From assembly GCA_964569555.1 (NCBI GenBank), contig CAZMTT010000002.1, positions 1 through 49,868 on the forward strand: 49,868 nucleotides of DNA. Reading direction: 5' to 3'. This stretch comes from an uncultured Dehalococcoidales bacterium. Its GTDB lineage: Bacteria; Chloroflexota; Dehalococcoidia; Dehalococcoidales; JAUYDJ01. Position 1 is the stretch's first letter, and the number at the start of each line of letters is the position of its first letter. The notes below the pieces were generated by a model. The model was given only the letters and a program-made list of their open reading frames with translations. It had not been told where the DNA came from and did not search any database. The position numbers and the translations under genes were made by a program. Of this stretch, positions 1-7,651 are shown in pieces.

Positions 1-52
1 CGTCGGGCTCATAACCCGAAGGTCGTTGGTTCGAATCCAACCCCCGCTACCA
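1..52 (+). tRNA. Initiator-type tRNA-Met (anticodon CAT), 3' part only; the 5' end is outside the window
   Basis: Anticodon stem tcGGG/CCCga (3-7/15-19) around loop ctCATaa. T-arm gttgg-ttcgaat-ccaac, acceptor 3' strand ccccgct, discriminator A, encoded CCA ending at 52. Three consecutive G:C pairs next to the anticodon loop and near-identity to the remembered E. coli tRNA-fMet 3' half suggest an initiator tRNA. Confidence 0.9.
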
Positions 53-62
53 AGAAACCCAA

Positions 63-96
63 AGGCACAGATTACAGTTCTGTGCCTCTTTTGTTT
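63..96 (+). terminator. Intrinsic terminator after the tRNA
   Basis: Stem aggcacag (63-70) / ctgtgcct (80-87), 9-nt loop, then cttttgttt. Confidence 0.75.
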
Positions 97-146
97 AAGC
101 GAACCCGTTTCGCGGCGTGGTGCTCGTGGGTTATTGTAGACTTGAA

Positions 147-719
147 TTACTTCATTAATGTACCAATATGAATACCCATTGATAACATTACAAAGGGAGT
201 TTCACCTTCTCCAGCAGCCTTATGGATTGTGGTAATTATGGACTCGGTATCAGCTAACCATCGTTTAGCAATCTGAAGATTGCTGTGTTTTTCCCACCAA
301 GTTTCGGGGTATTTTACTCGCTCGCTATCACGGACTATTTGGGTTCCCTGTTCTGAGATTTTCTCACTCGTAGCATGAGCCACTAGATTTCGAAACCTCA
401 CAATATGTTTGAAGGATTGAAAGGGTCGGCGTGAGAAATCAGGAACCAAATTGAGATGATGGCAAATAATTTTGAGCTTATTCTGTATGCTAAGATTTTT
501 CTTGACCTCATCATCCCAATATGGGAGAAGTTTGCTACCAATATGATTGAGATATGCCTCAATGCAGAATGCTGATAGTATGATTGAACTCATACAGTTG
601 TAAAACCTGCCTTCCTCGGTTCCTTCTGCTTGCTCCAATGCCCAGTTAGCAGCGCTGTTAAGATAGACATAGGGATTAACAGTGCGTTCGCTAGATACTG
701 AGAGTTTCCGTTTTCCCAT
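147..719 (-). CDS. HEPN-like protein (candidate RNase or abortive-infection-type effector), 190 aa
   Basis: Complete ORF with SD gaggg 5 nt upstream of the ATG. All-helical-looking sequence with IVRFRNLVAHA, an Rx4H motif (RNLVAH) of the kind that defines HEPN nuclease domains, plus an upstream CIEAYLNHIG helix. The gene is AT-richer than its neighbours. Family assignment is by motif only. Confidence 0.55.
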   Translation of the reverse strand: MGKRKLSVSSERTVNPYVYLNSAANWALEQAEGTEEGRFYNCMSSIILSAFCIEAYLNHIGSKLLPYWDDEVKKNLSIQNKLKIICHHLNLVPDFSRRPFQSFKHIVRFRNLVAHATSEKISEQGTQIVRDSERVKYPETWWEKHSNLQIAKRWLADTESIITTIHKAAGEGETPFVMLSMGIHIGTLMK

Positions 720-766
720 TTAGCCCTCAGTTACAAAGGTCTAACTTGTATTCACTAGTTAGGCAT

Positions 767-775
767 ATTATATCA
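767..775 (-). promoter_or_regulatory. Extended -10 promoter element (TGaTATAAT) for the HEPN-like gene
   Basis: The minus strand reads ttTGaTATAATatgcc about 45 nt upstream of the ATG at 719. No good -35 is visible. Confidence 0.45.
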
Positions 776-786
776 AATTTACCTCT

Positions 787-804
787 ACCCCCGCTTACAA
801 ACCC
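787..804 (+). repeat. Degenerate direct copy of the tRNA 3' end (att-like remnant)
   Basis: acccccgct at 787-795 is identical to tRNA positions 40-48. The following flank cttacaaaccc resembles the tRNA flank ctaccaagaaaccc. A second 9-mer, gaatccaac (842-850), equals tRNA positions 33-41. Confidence 0.5.
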
Positions 805-853
805 GCAGCCACGCGCCATAGTTAAAGCGGGAGAAGGGGGAGAATCCAACAGG

Positions 854-2083
854 CTAGGGGTGAGCCTGCCGTTGACCGCACAGGAAGAGCAGTACCGTGC
901 CCGCCACCAGCGCGGCCGCCGCCCCGTAGAAAAAGGTGGCCCCTGGTCCCATCAGGTCCCAGAGCTGGCCGGCAATCAGGCTACCGAGTATGACGGCCAG
1001 GCCGGTGCAGGTATGCATCAGCCCTAAGGCTGCCCCCCGGCTCTCCACTGGTGCCAGGTCACAGCCAAAGGCCCTTTGCGTCGTCTCAACGATGGCAGAG
1101 ACAACCCCGTATAGCCCGAACAGGACCAGTAACAATGTCCATGATTCTACCCGGGCGAAACCGAAGCAGGTGAGGCAGAACAGGAAATAGCCCGCCGCCA
1201 GTAACTTGCCTCTACCGAACCGGTCAGAGAGGCTGCCCACGGGTAGGGCAAGTGCCGAATAGACTACGTTATACAACACGTAGAGCCCTATGGCGGCCAC
1301 TATGGCTTCTTTTTCGCTATAGCCGGTGGTGAAGAGGTCTCTGGCTCTGAGTATGAAGAACATGTAGGTGAAGTTGGCCAGGCCAAAAGTGGTGCTGGCG
1401 AAGAGAAAGAGTCTGAAACGTCCCGAAAAACCGCGGAGAGTAATGACCATGGTCGCTTTCTGTGGCGCTCTCTGTGGTTCCTTTAGCCACCTGAAGAAGG
1501 GCAGGGCGGCAAAGGCAATCACCGCCGCCACTATCAGTATTGACCTTATCTCAAGCCCCAGAAACCAGAACAGCAGCAGGGCGGCAACCGAGCCGGCGAC
1601 AGCACCGGCCGTGTCGAGTGCCCGATGCAGACCAAAGGCTTTGCCTCTTATGCGTTCTTCTGAAAAATCGGCAATAAGGGCGTCTCTGGGCGCTGTTCTC
1701 AAGCCCTTACCCACCCTTTCCAGCACACGGGCGGCCAGAACATGCTGCCACACTAAAGACAGGGCCAGGAAGAGCTTGAAAAGGCTGGAAACGACATACC
1801 CGATAAAGACGAGCGGCTTCCGGCGGGGCAGTTTATCCGACCAGTAGCCGGAGAAGACCTGAAGCAGGCTGGCTAGACCATCACCCAGCCCGCCTATCAA
1901 CCCGATGGCTACCCCGGCCCCACCGAGCGCGGTGATAAAGAAGGGCAGCAGGGGCATTATCATTTCGCTGCTGAGGTCGGTGACGAAGCTCACCGCACCC
2001 AGAATGGCGATGTTTACACTTACTCCCAGGACTTTCGCTCTCATGGCTGAGACAACCGCAGTTCGCTTTTTCCAATATACCAT
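854..2083 (-). CDS. MFS transporter, 409 aa
   Basis: About 12 hydrophobic segments. MFS loop signatures SGYWSDKLPRRKPL and GSLSDRFGRGKLL. The start is uncertain (ATG at 2083 or M14 at 2044). Confidence 0.85.
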   Translation of the reverse strand: MVYWKKRTAVVSAMRAKVLGVSVNIAILGAVSFVTDLSSEMIMPLLPFFITALGGAGVAIGLIGGLGDGLASLLQVFSGYWSDKLPRRKPLVFIGYVVSSLFKLFLALSLVWQHVLAARVLERVGKGLRTAPRDALIADFSEERIRGKAFGLHRALDTAGAVAGSVAALLLFWFLGLEIRSILIVAAVIAFAALPFFRWLKEPQRAPQKATMVITLRGFSGRFRLFLFASTTFGLANFTYMFFILRARDLFTTGYSEKEAIVAAIGLYVLYNVVYSALALPVGSLSDRFGRGKLLAAGYFLFCLTCFGFARVESWTLLLVLFGLYGVVSAIVETTQRAFGCDLAPVESRGAALGLMHTCTGLAVILGSLIAGQLWDLMGPGATFFYGAAAALVAGTVLLFLCGQRQAHP

Positions 2084-2095
2084 AACCCCAAAATC

Positions 2096-2130
2096 AAAAG
2101 GGCACAGGTTTTAATCTGTGCCCCTTTTTT
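2096..2130. terminator. Bidirectional terminator-like hairpin directly upstream of the MFS start
   Basis: aaaa-gggcacag (2100-2107), loop gttttaat, ctgtgccc (2116-2123), then ctttttt. The A-run before and T-run after make it symmetric. It shares the GGCACAG/CTGTGCC stem with the hairpin at 63-96. Confidence 0.6.
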
Positions 2131-2185
2131 GCAAGCCCAGATAGCAGCTACTCGCTGGTCAAGCCATATCTTCTACTACAAGCTC

Positions 2186-2214
2186 TTGACAGGGATAACT
2201 CACTCACTTAAAGT
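2186..2214 (+). promoter_or_regulatory. Sigma70-type promoter: TTGACA, 17 nt spacer, TAAAGT
   Basis: TTGACA at 2186-2191, 17-nt spacer, TAAAGT at 2209-2214, about 40 nt upstream of the ATG at 2255. Confidence 0.6.
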
Positions 2215-2254
2215 GTCTCTGGCTACCCGGGAAGTTAATAATTAGGGTAAGACT

Positions 2255-2824
2255 ATGTCGCTCATACCCGCTTTTGAAATCGGTTTGTGGAATGCCTGGC
2301 TCTTTATGAGCATTTTCCTGCTGCAATGGCTGGCGGTAAGTCTGGCTGGCGAAAGGGTATATCAAAGAACCGGGCATCCGGCTGATATGAAGCGAAGCAA
2401 ATCGGAGCGGCGAACCGGTAAAGCCGCCATGATAACCTGGCTCCTGGCGACTATCTACTCAGTTTTTCTGCCCTTGCAGCTGGGGACGGCGTGGTTCTAT
2501 ATCGGACTCGGTGTTTTTCTGGCCGGACTGGTTATGCTTATCGTCGCCACCTTGAACTTTGCTACCGCACCACCGCATAAGCCGATTACCACTGGCTTCT
2601 ATCGCTACTCGCGGCACCCGATGTACCTGGCCATGTTTCTGATATATGTCGGCACCAGCCTCGCCTCTGCCTCATGGCTGTTTTTCCTGCTGGCCATTGG
2701 GGCCGTTGTCCTGATACAGCCGGAGGCAAGGCTTGAAGAAAGGTATTGCCTGAAGAGATATGGCAAAGCCTACCGTGAGTATCTGAAAAAAACACCGAGA
2801 TGGGTGGGCATACTGAAATCTTAA
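2255..2824 (+). CDS. Isoprenylcysteine carboxyl methyltransferase (ICMT/PEMT) family membrane protein, 189 aa
   Basis: Multi-TM protein with the C-terminal signature GFYRYSRHPMYLAMFLIYVG ... PEARLEERYCLKRYGKAYREY, typical of this family. Confidence 0.8.
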   Translation: MSLIPAFEIGLWNAWLFMSIFLLQWLAVSLAGERVYQRTGHPADMKRSKSERRTGKAAMITWLLATIYSVFLPLQLGTAWFYIGLGVFLAGLVMLIVATLNFATAPPHKPITTGFYRYSRHPMYLAMFLIYVGTSLASASWLFFLLAIGAVVLIQPEARLEERYCLKRYGKAYREYLKKTPRWVGILKS

Positions 2825-2916
2825 CTGTTTTGTGCCTGCCCCCGCCTTAAAACTGGATTGACAATTAATGGGGTAAAGGGTAGGCTTAGGTCGTTGCCAA
2901 ACGAGGGTAGTGACAT

Positions 2917-3801
2917 ATGGAATTTTTAACCCGTAACAGACTGAAGGACGTTATATTTTTAACGCCGGTAAAGGCGCAGAGTGACCATCTGCCCCAGAAT
3001 AAAGTCAGAATATTGTATTGCGATGCTAAAGCCAATATAGATTCCACCGTTGCCGAGGATTCGGTTTACCGGCTGGCCAGAAATTATATCCAGAAGCTGG
3101 AAAGTAACCATAAATACGGGGTCATTTTGGGGGTGGAGGTTATTTCCGGTAATTATGTGCCCTTTGCGGTTGAAATCAGCTCGGAGCAGGCCAGCGCCCT
3201 GGAAAGAATTTTCGAGCACGCCATTACCCGGGGCGTGGTGCCTTATGTCCTGAAAAAATATCCCAGAGACATTATTAAACTGGGTAAAGATGAGCTTAAG
3301 GAGATAAGGAAACGGTACGAACAGTCAAGGCTGGAGACCAAGTCCAAAGGAATGCCCGAAGTATTAAAAAGACTGGCCGATTATCCTGAAGAGGGCATTG
3401 CGGTGGCGGTGCCAATCTACAAGGCGCAGTATCATTATCCCCTGGTTATTCTGAAACGGCTTGCTTCCGGCGAACCAGCTCAAAAAGATATGCCAAGGGT
3501 CTTAATTTTAGATAATGAGGGAGACCTTGGCATTATCAGAGTACCGCGGGACATACTGGGTAAGACCGAAAGAAAACTAAGGGACTGGAAGAAGAGTGGC
3601 CGGGCGGGGTGCATTCTCTATTCCCGGGATGCCGACAACCTCATTATGAGCTATATGGAAATCAGCGAATTTCAGCGCAAAGCGTTAAATGCCATCAAAA
3701 GGCATTTTGATGAGACCGGGCACGGCAAACGCCCCATTTCTACCGAGGTTCAGGGTGTTTTGACCAAAGCCAAAGGTCTCATATCCTCCGGCTATAAATA
3801 G
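2917..3801 (+). CDS. Hypothetical protein, 294 aa, with an apparent internal duplication
   Basis: Long ORF, soluble and charged, with no motif I recognise. The two halves resemble each other: RILYCDAKAN...VEISSEQASALERIFEHA versus CILYSRDADN...MEISEFQRKALNAIKRHF. Confidence 0.6.
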   Translation: MEFLTRNRLKDVIFLTPVKAQSDHLPQNKVRILYCDAKANIDSTVAEDSVYRLARNYIQKLESNHKYGVILGVEVISGNYVPFAVEISSEQASALERIFEHAITRGVVPYVLKKYPRDIIKLGKDELKEIRKRYEQSRLETKSKGMPEVLKRLADYPEEGIAVAVPIYKAQYHYPLVILKRLASGEPAQKDMPRVLILDNEGDLGIIRVPRDILGKTERKLRDWKKSGRAGCILYSRDADNLIMSYMEISEFQRKALNAIKRHFDETGHGKRPISTEVQGVLTKAKGLISSGYK

Positions 3802-3812
3802 ACCGGCTCTCT

Positions 3813-5156
3813 TCACTTTTTACCGCTGGTGAATAGTTTGTTGCCGATAGGGGTTACTTTGGTTGCTTCCGCCTTTGATTTCCTCAGCATATTGGCCGGT
3901 AAAGTGAGCTTAAAACCCAGCTTTGGTATCCCCGGGGAAAAGAGCCACTGATATAAATCGGCCAGCTTTGTTTTTTCGATGAGTATTATCAGCAGTGAAG
4001 TCATTACGATACTGGTTAGAACGACACCGTAGACCACATTCATTATCAGTTCCCCGCCCAGAATCCCCTGTTGCAACGGGATTGAAGCCAGAACGGCGGC
4101 GGCTAGGCCTTTGGGCACCATGACGGCTATTATTGAGGCGTCCCTTACCGGTATTGATTTACTGACCGTCAGTTTAACCACCGGCAGGCGCAGGATGAAA
4201 GCGAGCAGGGTGAAAATCAGGGCTAGCTGAATCAACCATCCGCTTATCAATTCGAGAGATATGCCCAGGAAAACAAAGAAGAAGGTTTTCAGTAAAAAGG
4301 CAACCTCACTGAAGAAGGACCTTTCTGCCTCGCTCAGACCGGCGGTCTCTTTGGTTTGTGGCTTTTTGAAGACATAAAACCGGATTGATTCTAAATTGCC
4401 AATGGTAACTCCAAAAGCCAGTGCCGAAATAGGTCCGCTGAAATTAAGCAGTTCCACAATTCCAAAAATGATGAAGACAAAAGCCGCCGTGGTAAACATG
4501 GAGTTTTTAATGGCATGTATTCTATTAAGCAGCCTTGACCAGATAAACGCCCCGACGATGCCAAAAATAATGGCTATCAGAAACGAAGCAATCAGGTTAC
4601 CGGTAACCGGGGCAACCTCGAATTCGCCCAGCCGGTAGGCTTCAATTAGGGCAATGGTGATGACAATACTGAGGACGTCGGTTACTGATGACTCTACCGA
4701 TAAAATCGTTTGGCTATCTTTTCGTATTCTGAGCTGGCGCACCATGGGGACGACTATGGCTTCGGATATTGAGCCAACAATGGCCCCCAGGATAAAGGCG
4801 GGTATTAGTTCCAGGTCGGTGAGCCACAGGGCCACCCCGGCGGTAGCCCCCATGGTGAGGAAGAAAGTAGCCATGGTCAGTACCATGGCGCCACCCATGG
4901 TGGAGATAAGCGAGCCAATTTCGAGGGCAGTGCCGTTTTCAAATAAGAGGATAATCAGGGTGAGCGTGGCCAGAATCATGCCGGCGGTGCCGAAGTCTTC
5001 GGTTGACACCAGACCCAGAACGGGGCCGACACAGATACCGATGATAATCAGTAACAGAACGTCAGGGACTCGGGTGCGGCGGAATATAGCCGTAAAAAGA
5101 TGGGCCAGAAAAACCAGGATGCCGACGAAGGCTATTACCGGAGCTATATCTTGCAT
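3813..5156 (-). CDS. Cation:proton antiporter (CPA1/NhaP-like Na+/H+ exchanger), 447 aa
   Basis: About 12-13 TM segments. The N-terminus FLAHLFTAIFRRTRVPDVLLLIIIGICVGP is typical of the Na_H_Exchanger family. Confidence 0.8.
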   Translation of the reverse strand: MQDIAPVIAFVGILVFLAHLFTAIFRRTRVPDVLLLIIIGICVGPVLGLVSTEDFGTAGMILATLTLIILLFENGTALEIGSLISTMGGAMVLTMATFFLTMGATAGVALWLTDLELIPAFILGAIVGSISEAIVVPMVRQLRIRKDSQTILSVESSVTDVLSIVITIALIEAYRLGEFEVAPVTGNLIASFLIAIIFGIVGAFIWSRLLNRIHAIKNSMFTTAAFVFIIFGIVELLNFSGPISALAFGVTIGNLESIRFYVFKKPQTKETAGLSEAERSFFSEVAFLLKTFFFVFLGISLELISGWLIQLALIFTLLAFILRLPVVKLTVSKSIPVRDASIIAVMVPKGLAAAVLASIPLQQGILGGELIMNVVYGVVLTSIVMTSLLIILIEKTKLADLYQWLFSPGIPKLGFKLTLPANMLRKSKAEATKVTPIGNKLFTSGKK

Positions 5157-5276
5157 ATATATGCCTTTTATCTAAAGCAAGATTTCAATTATCGGGGTAA
5201 TAGCATCATTGCCTAATTCAGCTGTTGCTGTCAAGCCCGGAGAATTCTCGTTTTCGGGGGTAATTAGCAGTGTCGC

Positions 5277-5305
5277 TTGACAAAGCCAGCCCGTTTTTTT
5301 ATAAT
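5277..5305 (+). promoter_or_regulatory. Consensus sigma70 promoter of the trp operon: TTGACA, 17 nt spacer, TATAAT
   Basis: TTGACA at 5277-5282, exact 17-nt spacer, TATAAT at 5300-5305. Confidence 0.8.
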
Positions 5306-5311
5306 CTAGGA

Positions 5312-5597
5312 TAATTGAATAGTGCTAAAGGCTGCGAACGAGAGTAGTAGCTCTTAAGCGAGGCTCAGAGAGCCGGGTTGGGTGTAAGCCGGTGCCAGCG
5401 CCAGGAGTGAATGGACTCGGGAGCCGCAAGCCGAAAGGGTTCGCCCGATTAGGTGTTGACGGAGCGGGTACCGTTATCAGAGCCCAGGGTATCGCTTTAA
5501 GAGCCGTACCTGAAAGAGATGGTTGCTAAACTAGCGATTAATTAGGGTGGCACCGCGAAGGATTAACCTCTCGCCCCTATGGCGAGAGGTTTTTTTA
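5312..5597 (+). promoter_or_regulatory. T-box riboswitch leader, tryptophan-specific (specifier UGG)
   Basis: GA/K-turn-like gcgaacgagagtag and AGAGAG box. Specifier loop gtGAA-TGG-A with TGG at 5412-5414. F-box ccgtta. T-box sequence aattagggtggcaccgcg at 5540-5557. Terminator at 5567-5597. Confidence 0.9.
5567..5597 (+). terminator. T-box terminator hairpin
   Basis: cctctcgcc-cctat-ggcgagagg followed by ttttttt. The 5' arm can alternatively pair into the T-box antiterminator. Confidence 0.85.
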
Positions 5598-5619
5598 TTG
5601 CCATATTAGTGGAGGTTAG

Positions 5620-7092
5620 ATGTATTACCCGACATTGGCCGAGGTTAAAAAGCATAAAAAAGATGGTAACCGGGTCCCCATTTACCGCGAAATCGTGGCT
5701 GACCTGGAGACACCGGTGTCGGCTTTCCTCAAGGTGAACCGGGGTGGCTATTCTTTTCTTCTGGAAAGTGTCGAGGGCGGTCAGCGGCTGGCCCGTTACA
5801 GCTTCATCGGCACCGAGCCCTATAAGATACTGGTTACCAGGGGCGAGGACAGGGCTGACCCCCTCCCCCTTATTGCCCAGGAATTGAATAAATATAAAAT
5901 AGTGCCCGTCAGCGGTCTGCCCCGGTTCTGCGGTGGTGCCGTCGGTTATCTTGCCTATGAAACGGTAACCCGCTTTGAGGAGCTGTCCTCTCCGGCCAGC
6001 GACCCGCTGGGCTTACCCGAATCGCTGTTTATGTTTGTCGATACCATGCTCGTCTTTGACCATGTTACTCATAAAATTAAGGTCTTGAGCCATGTTTATC
6101 TCGACGGGGATATCGACAAAGCCTATAAAGAGGCGGTAGCCAGGATTGACAGTCTGGTGGAGAGGCTGAAGCAGCCGCTGGAGACCAAGCGACAAGCCAG
6201 ACCGGCGGCTCATCCCGGCAGTAACGGCCGGCTTGTCTCAAATTTTACCAGAGAAGACTTTGAAGCCAGCGTGCTCAACATAAAGCGTTACATCACCGCC
6301 GGCGAGGCGATTCAGGTGGTGCTTTCCCAGCGCCTGGCCCGGCCCACCGAGGTAGCCCCCTTTGAGATATACCGGGCGCTGCGCACCATAAACCCCTCCC
6401 CGTATATGTTCTTTCTCGATTTTATCGATTTTCACATCATCGGGGCTTCCCCGGAGATTCTGGTCAGGGTGGAGGACGGCATGGTGATGACCCGCCCCCT
6501 GGCCGGCACCAGACCGAGGGGGAAGAGCCCGGATGAAGACCTGAGGCTGGAGGAAGAGCTCCGTGGCGATGAGAAGGAGTGTGCCGAGCATATCATGCTG
6601 GTGGATTTGGGGCGAAATGACATCGGGCGGGTGAGCGAGCCGGGCACGGTCAGGGTCAATGACCTGATGGAAGTGGAGCGCTACTCCCACGTTATGCACC
6701 TGGTTACCCATGTGCAGGGCAAACTGCGGCGTGATATGAGCGCCTTTGATGCCCTGCGGGCCTGCTTCCCGGCGGGCACCGTATCCGGCGCCCCCAAGAT
6801 CCGGGCGATGGAGATAATCGCTGAGTTTGAGCCGGAGCAAAGAGGGCCCTACGCCGGGGCGGTGGGCTACTTCTCTTTCTCGGGCAATATGGACATGGCG
6901 ATTGCCATCAGGACCATGGTGATGAGTAAGGGCATCGCCTATATACAGGCGGGTGGGGGGATTGTTTATGACAGCGTGCCGGAGCGTGAATATGAGGAAA
7001 GCATGAATAAGGCACGGGCATTGCTTAAGGCGGTTGACCAGGCGGAAGATGCCAACCTGGCCACCGGGGGGAGTCATGCTGCTGCTGATTGA
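5620..7092 (+). CDS. trpE: Anthranilate synthase component I
   Basis: 490 aa with chorismate-binding enzyme signatures (LLESVEGG, GTRPRG, GAVGYFSFSGNMDMAIAIRT). SD ggagg upstream. First gene after the T-box. Confidence 0.95.
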   Translation: MYYPTLAEVKKHKKDGNRVPIYREIVADLETPVSAFLKVNRGGYSFLLESVEGGQRLARYSFIGTEPYKILVTRGEDRADPLPLIAQELNKYKIVPVSGLPRFCGGAVGYLAYETVTRFEELSSPASDPLGLPESLFMFVDTMLVFDHVTHKIKVLSHVYLDGDIDKAYKEAVARIDSLVERLKQPLETKRQARPAAHPGSNGRLVSNFTREDFEASVLNIKRYITAGEAIQVVLSQRLARPTEVAPFEIYRALRTINPSPYMFFLDFIDFHIIGASPEILVRVEDGMVMTRPLAGTRPRGKSPDEDLRLEEELRGDEKECAEHIMLVDLGRNDIGRVSEPGTVRVNDLMEVERYSHVMHLVTHVQGKLRRDMSAFDALRACFPAGTVSGAPKIRAMEIIAEFEPEQRGPYAGAVGYFSFSGNMDMAIAIRTMVMSKGIAYIQAGGGIVYDSVPEREYEESMNKARALLKAVDQAEDANLATGGSHAAAD

Positions 7093-7648
7093 TAACTATG
7101 ATAGCTTCACCTATAACCTCTTCCAGTACCTGAGCGAGCTGGGCGAAGAGGTGGTGGTGCGGCGCAATGATAAGGCAACCCTTGAGGAGATTGAGGGGCT
7201 GAAGCCGGAGCGCATCGTCATCTCGCCGGGGCCGTCGGTTCCACAGCGGGCGGGCATCTCCAACGATGTCATCCGCCATTTCGGTGCCCGGCTGCCGATA
7301 CTCGGCGTCTGCCTGGGGCATCAATGCATCGGTTACAGCTACGGCGGCATAATCGGGCCGGCCGGGGAGATCAGGCACGGCAAGTCCTCGCTGATATATC
7401 ACCACGGTCAGGGGGTAATGGCCGGTCTACCCGAGCCTTTCTCCGCCATTCGCTACCACTCGCTGGTGGTGCAGCGCGAGGGGCTTCCCGACTGCCTTGA
7501 AGTGACCGCCTGGACCACTGACGGTGAAATTATGGGCTTGCGCCACCGCCGATACCCGGTGGAGGGCGTCCAGTTTCATCCCGAATCGTTTATGACCGAG
7601 ACCGGTAAGGATATATTGCAAAACTTCTTACTGGGAAGGAGGCAATAA
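7076..7648 (+). CDS. trpG: Anthranilate synthase component II (glutamine amidotransferase)
   Basis: MLLLIDNYDSFTYNL..., catalytic GVCLGHQ, and HPES. ATG at 7076 preferred over the track start at 7034 because of the SD gggggag. Overlaps the end of trpE by 17 nt. Confidence 0.93.
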   Translation: MLLLIDNYDSFTYNLFQYLSELGEEVVVRRNDKATLEEIEGLKPERIVISPGPSVPQRAGISNDVIRHFGARLPILGVCLGHQCIGYSYGGIIGPAGEIRHGKSSLIYHHGQGVMAGLPEPFSAIRYHSLVVQREGLPDCLEVTAWTTDGEIMGLRHRRYPVEGVQFHPESFMTETGKDILQNFLLGRRQ

Positions 7649-7651
7649 ATC

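Noticed and set aside
6238-7077. 279-aa minus-strand ORF, plus other long ORFs antisense to trpE/G/D
   Set aside because: It lies entirely antisense to trpE, which has clear family motifs. It has no SD, and its composition is typical of shadow ORFs in GC-rich coding DNA.
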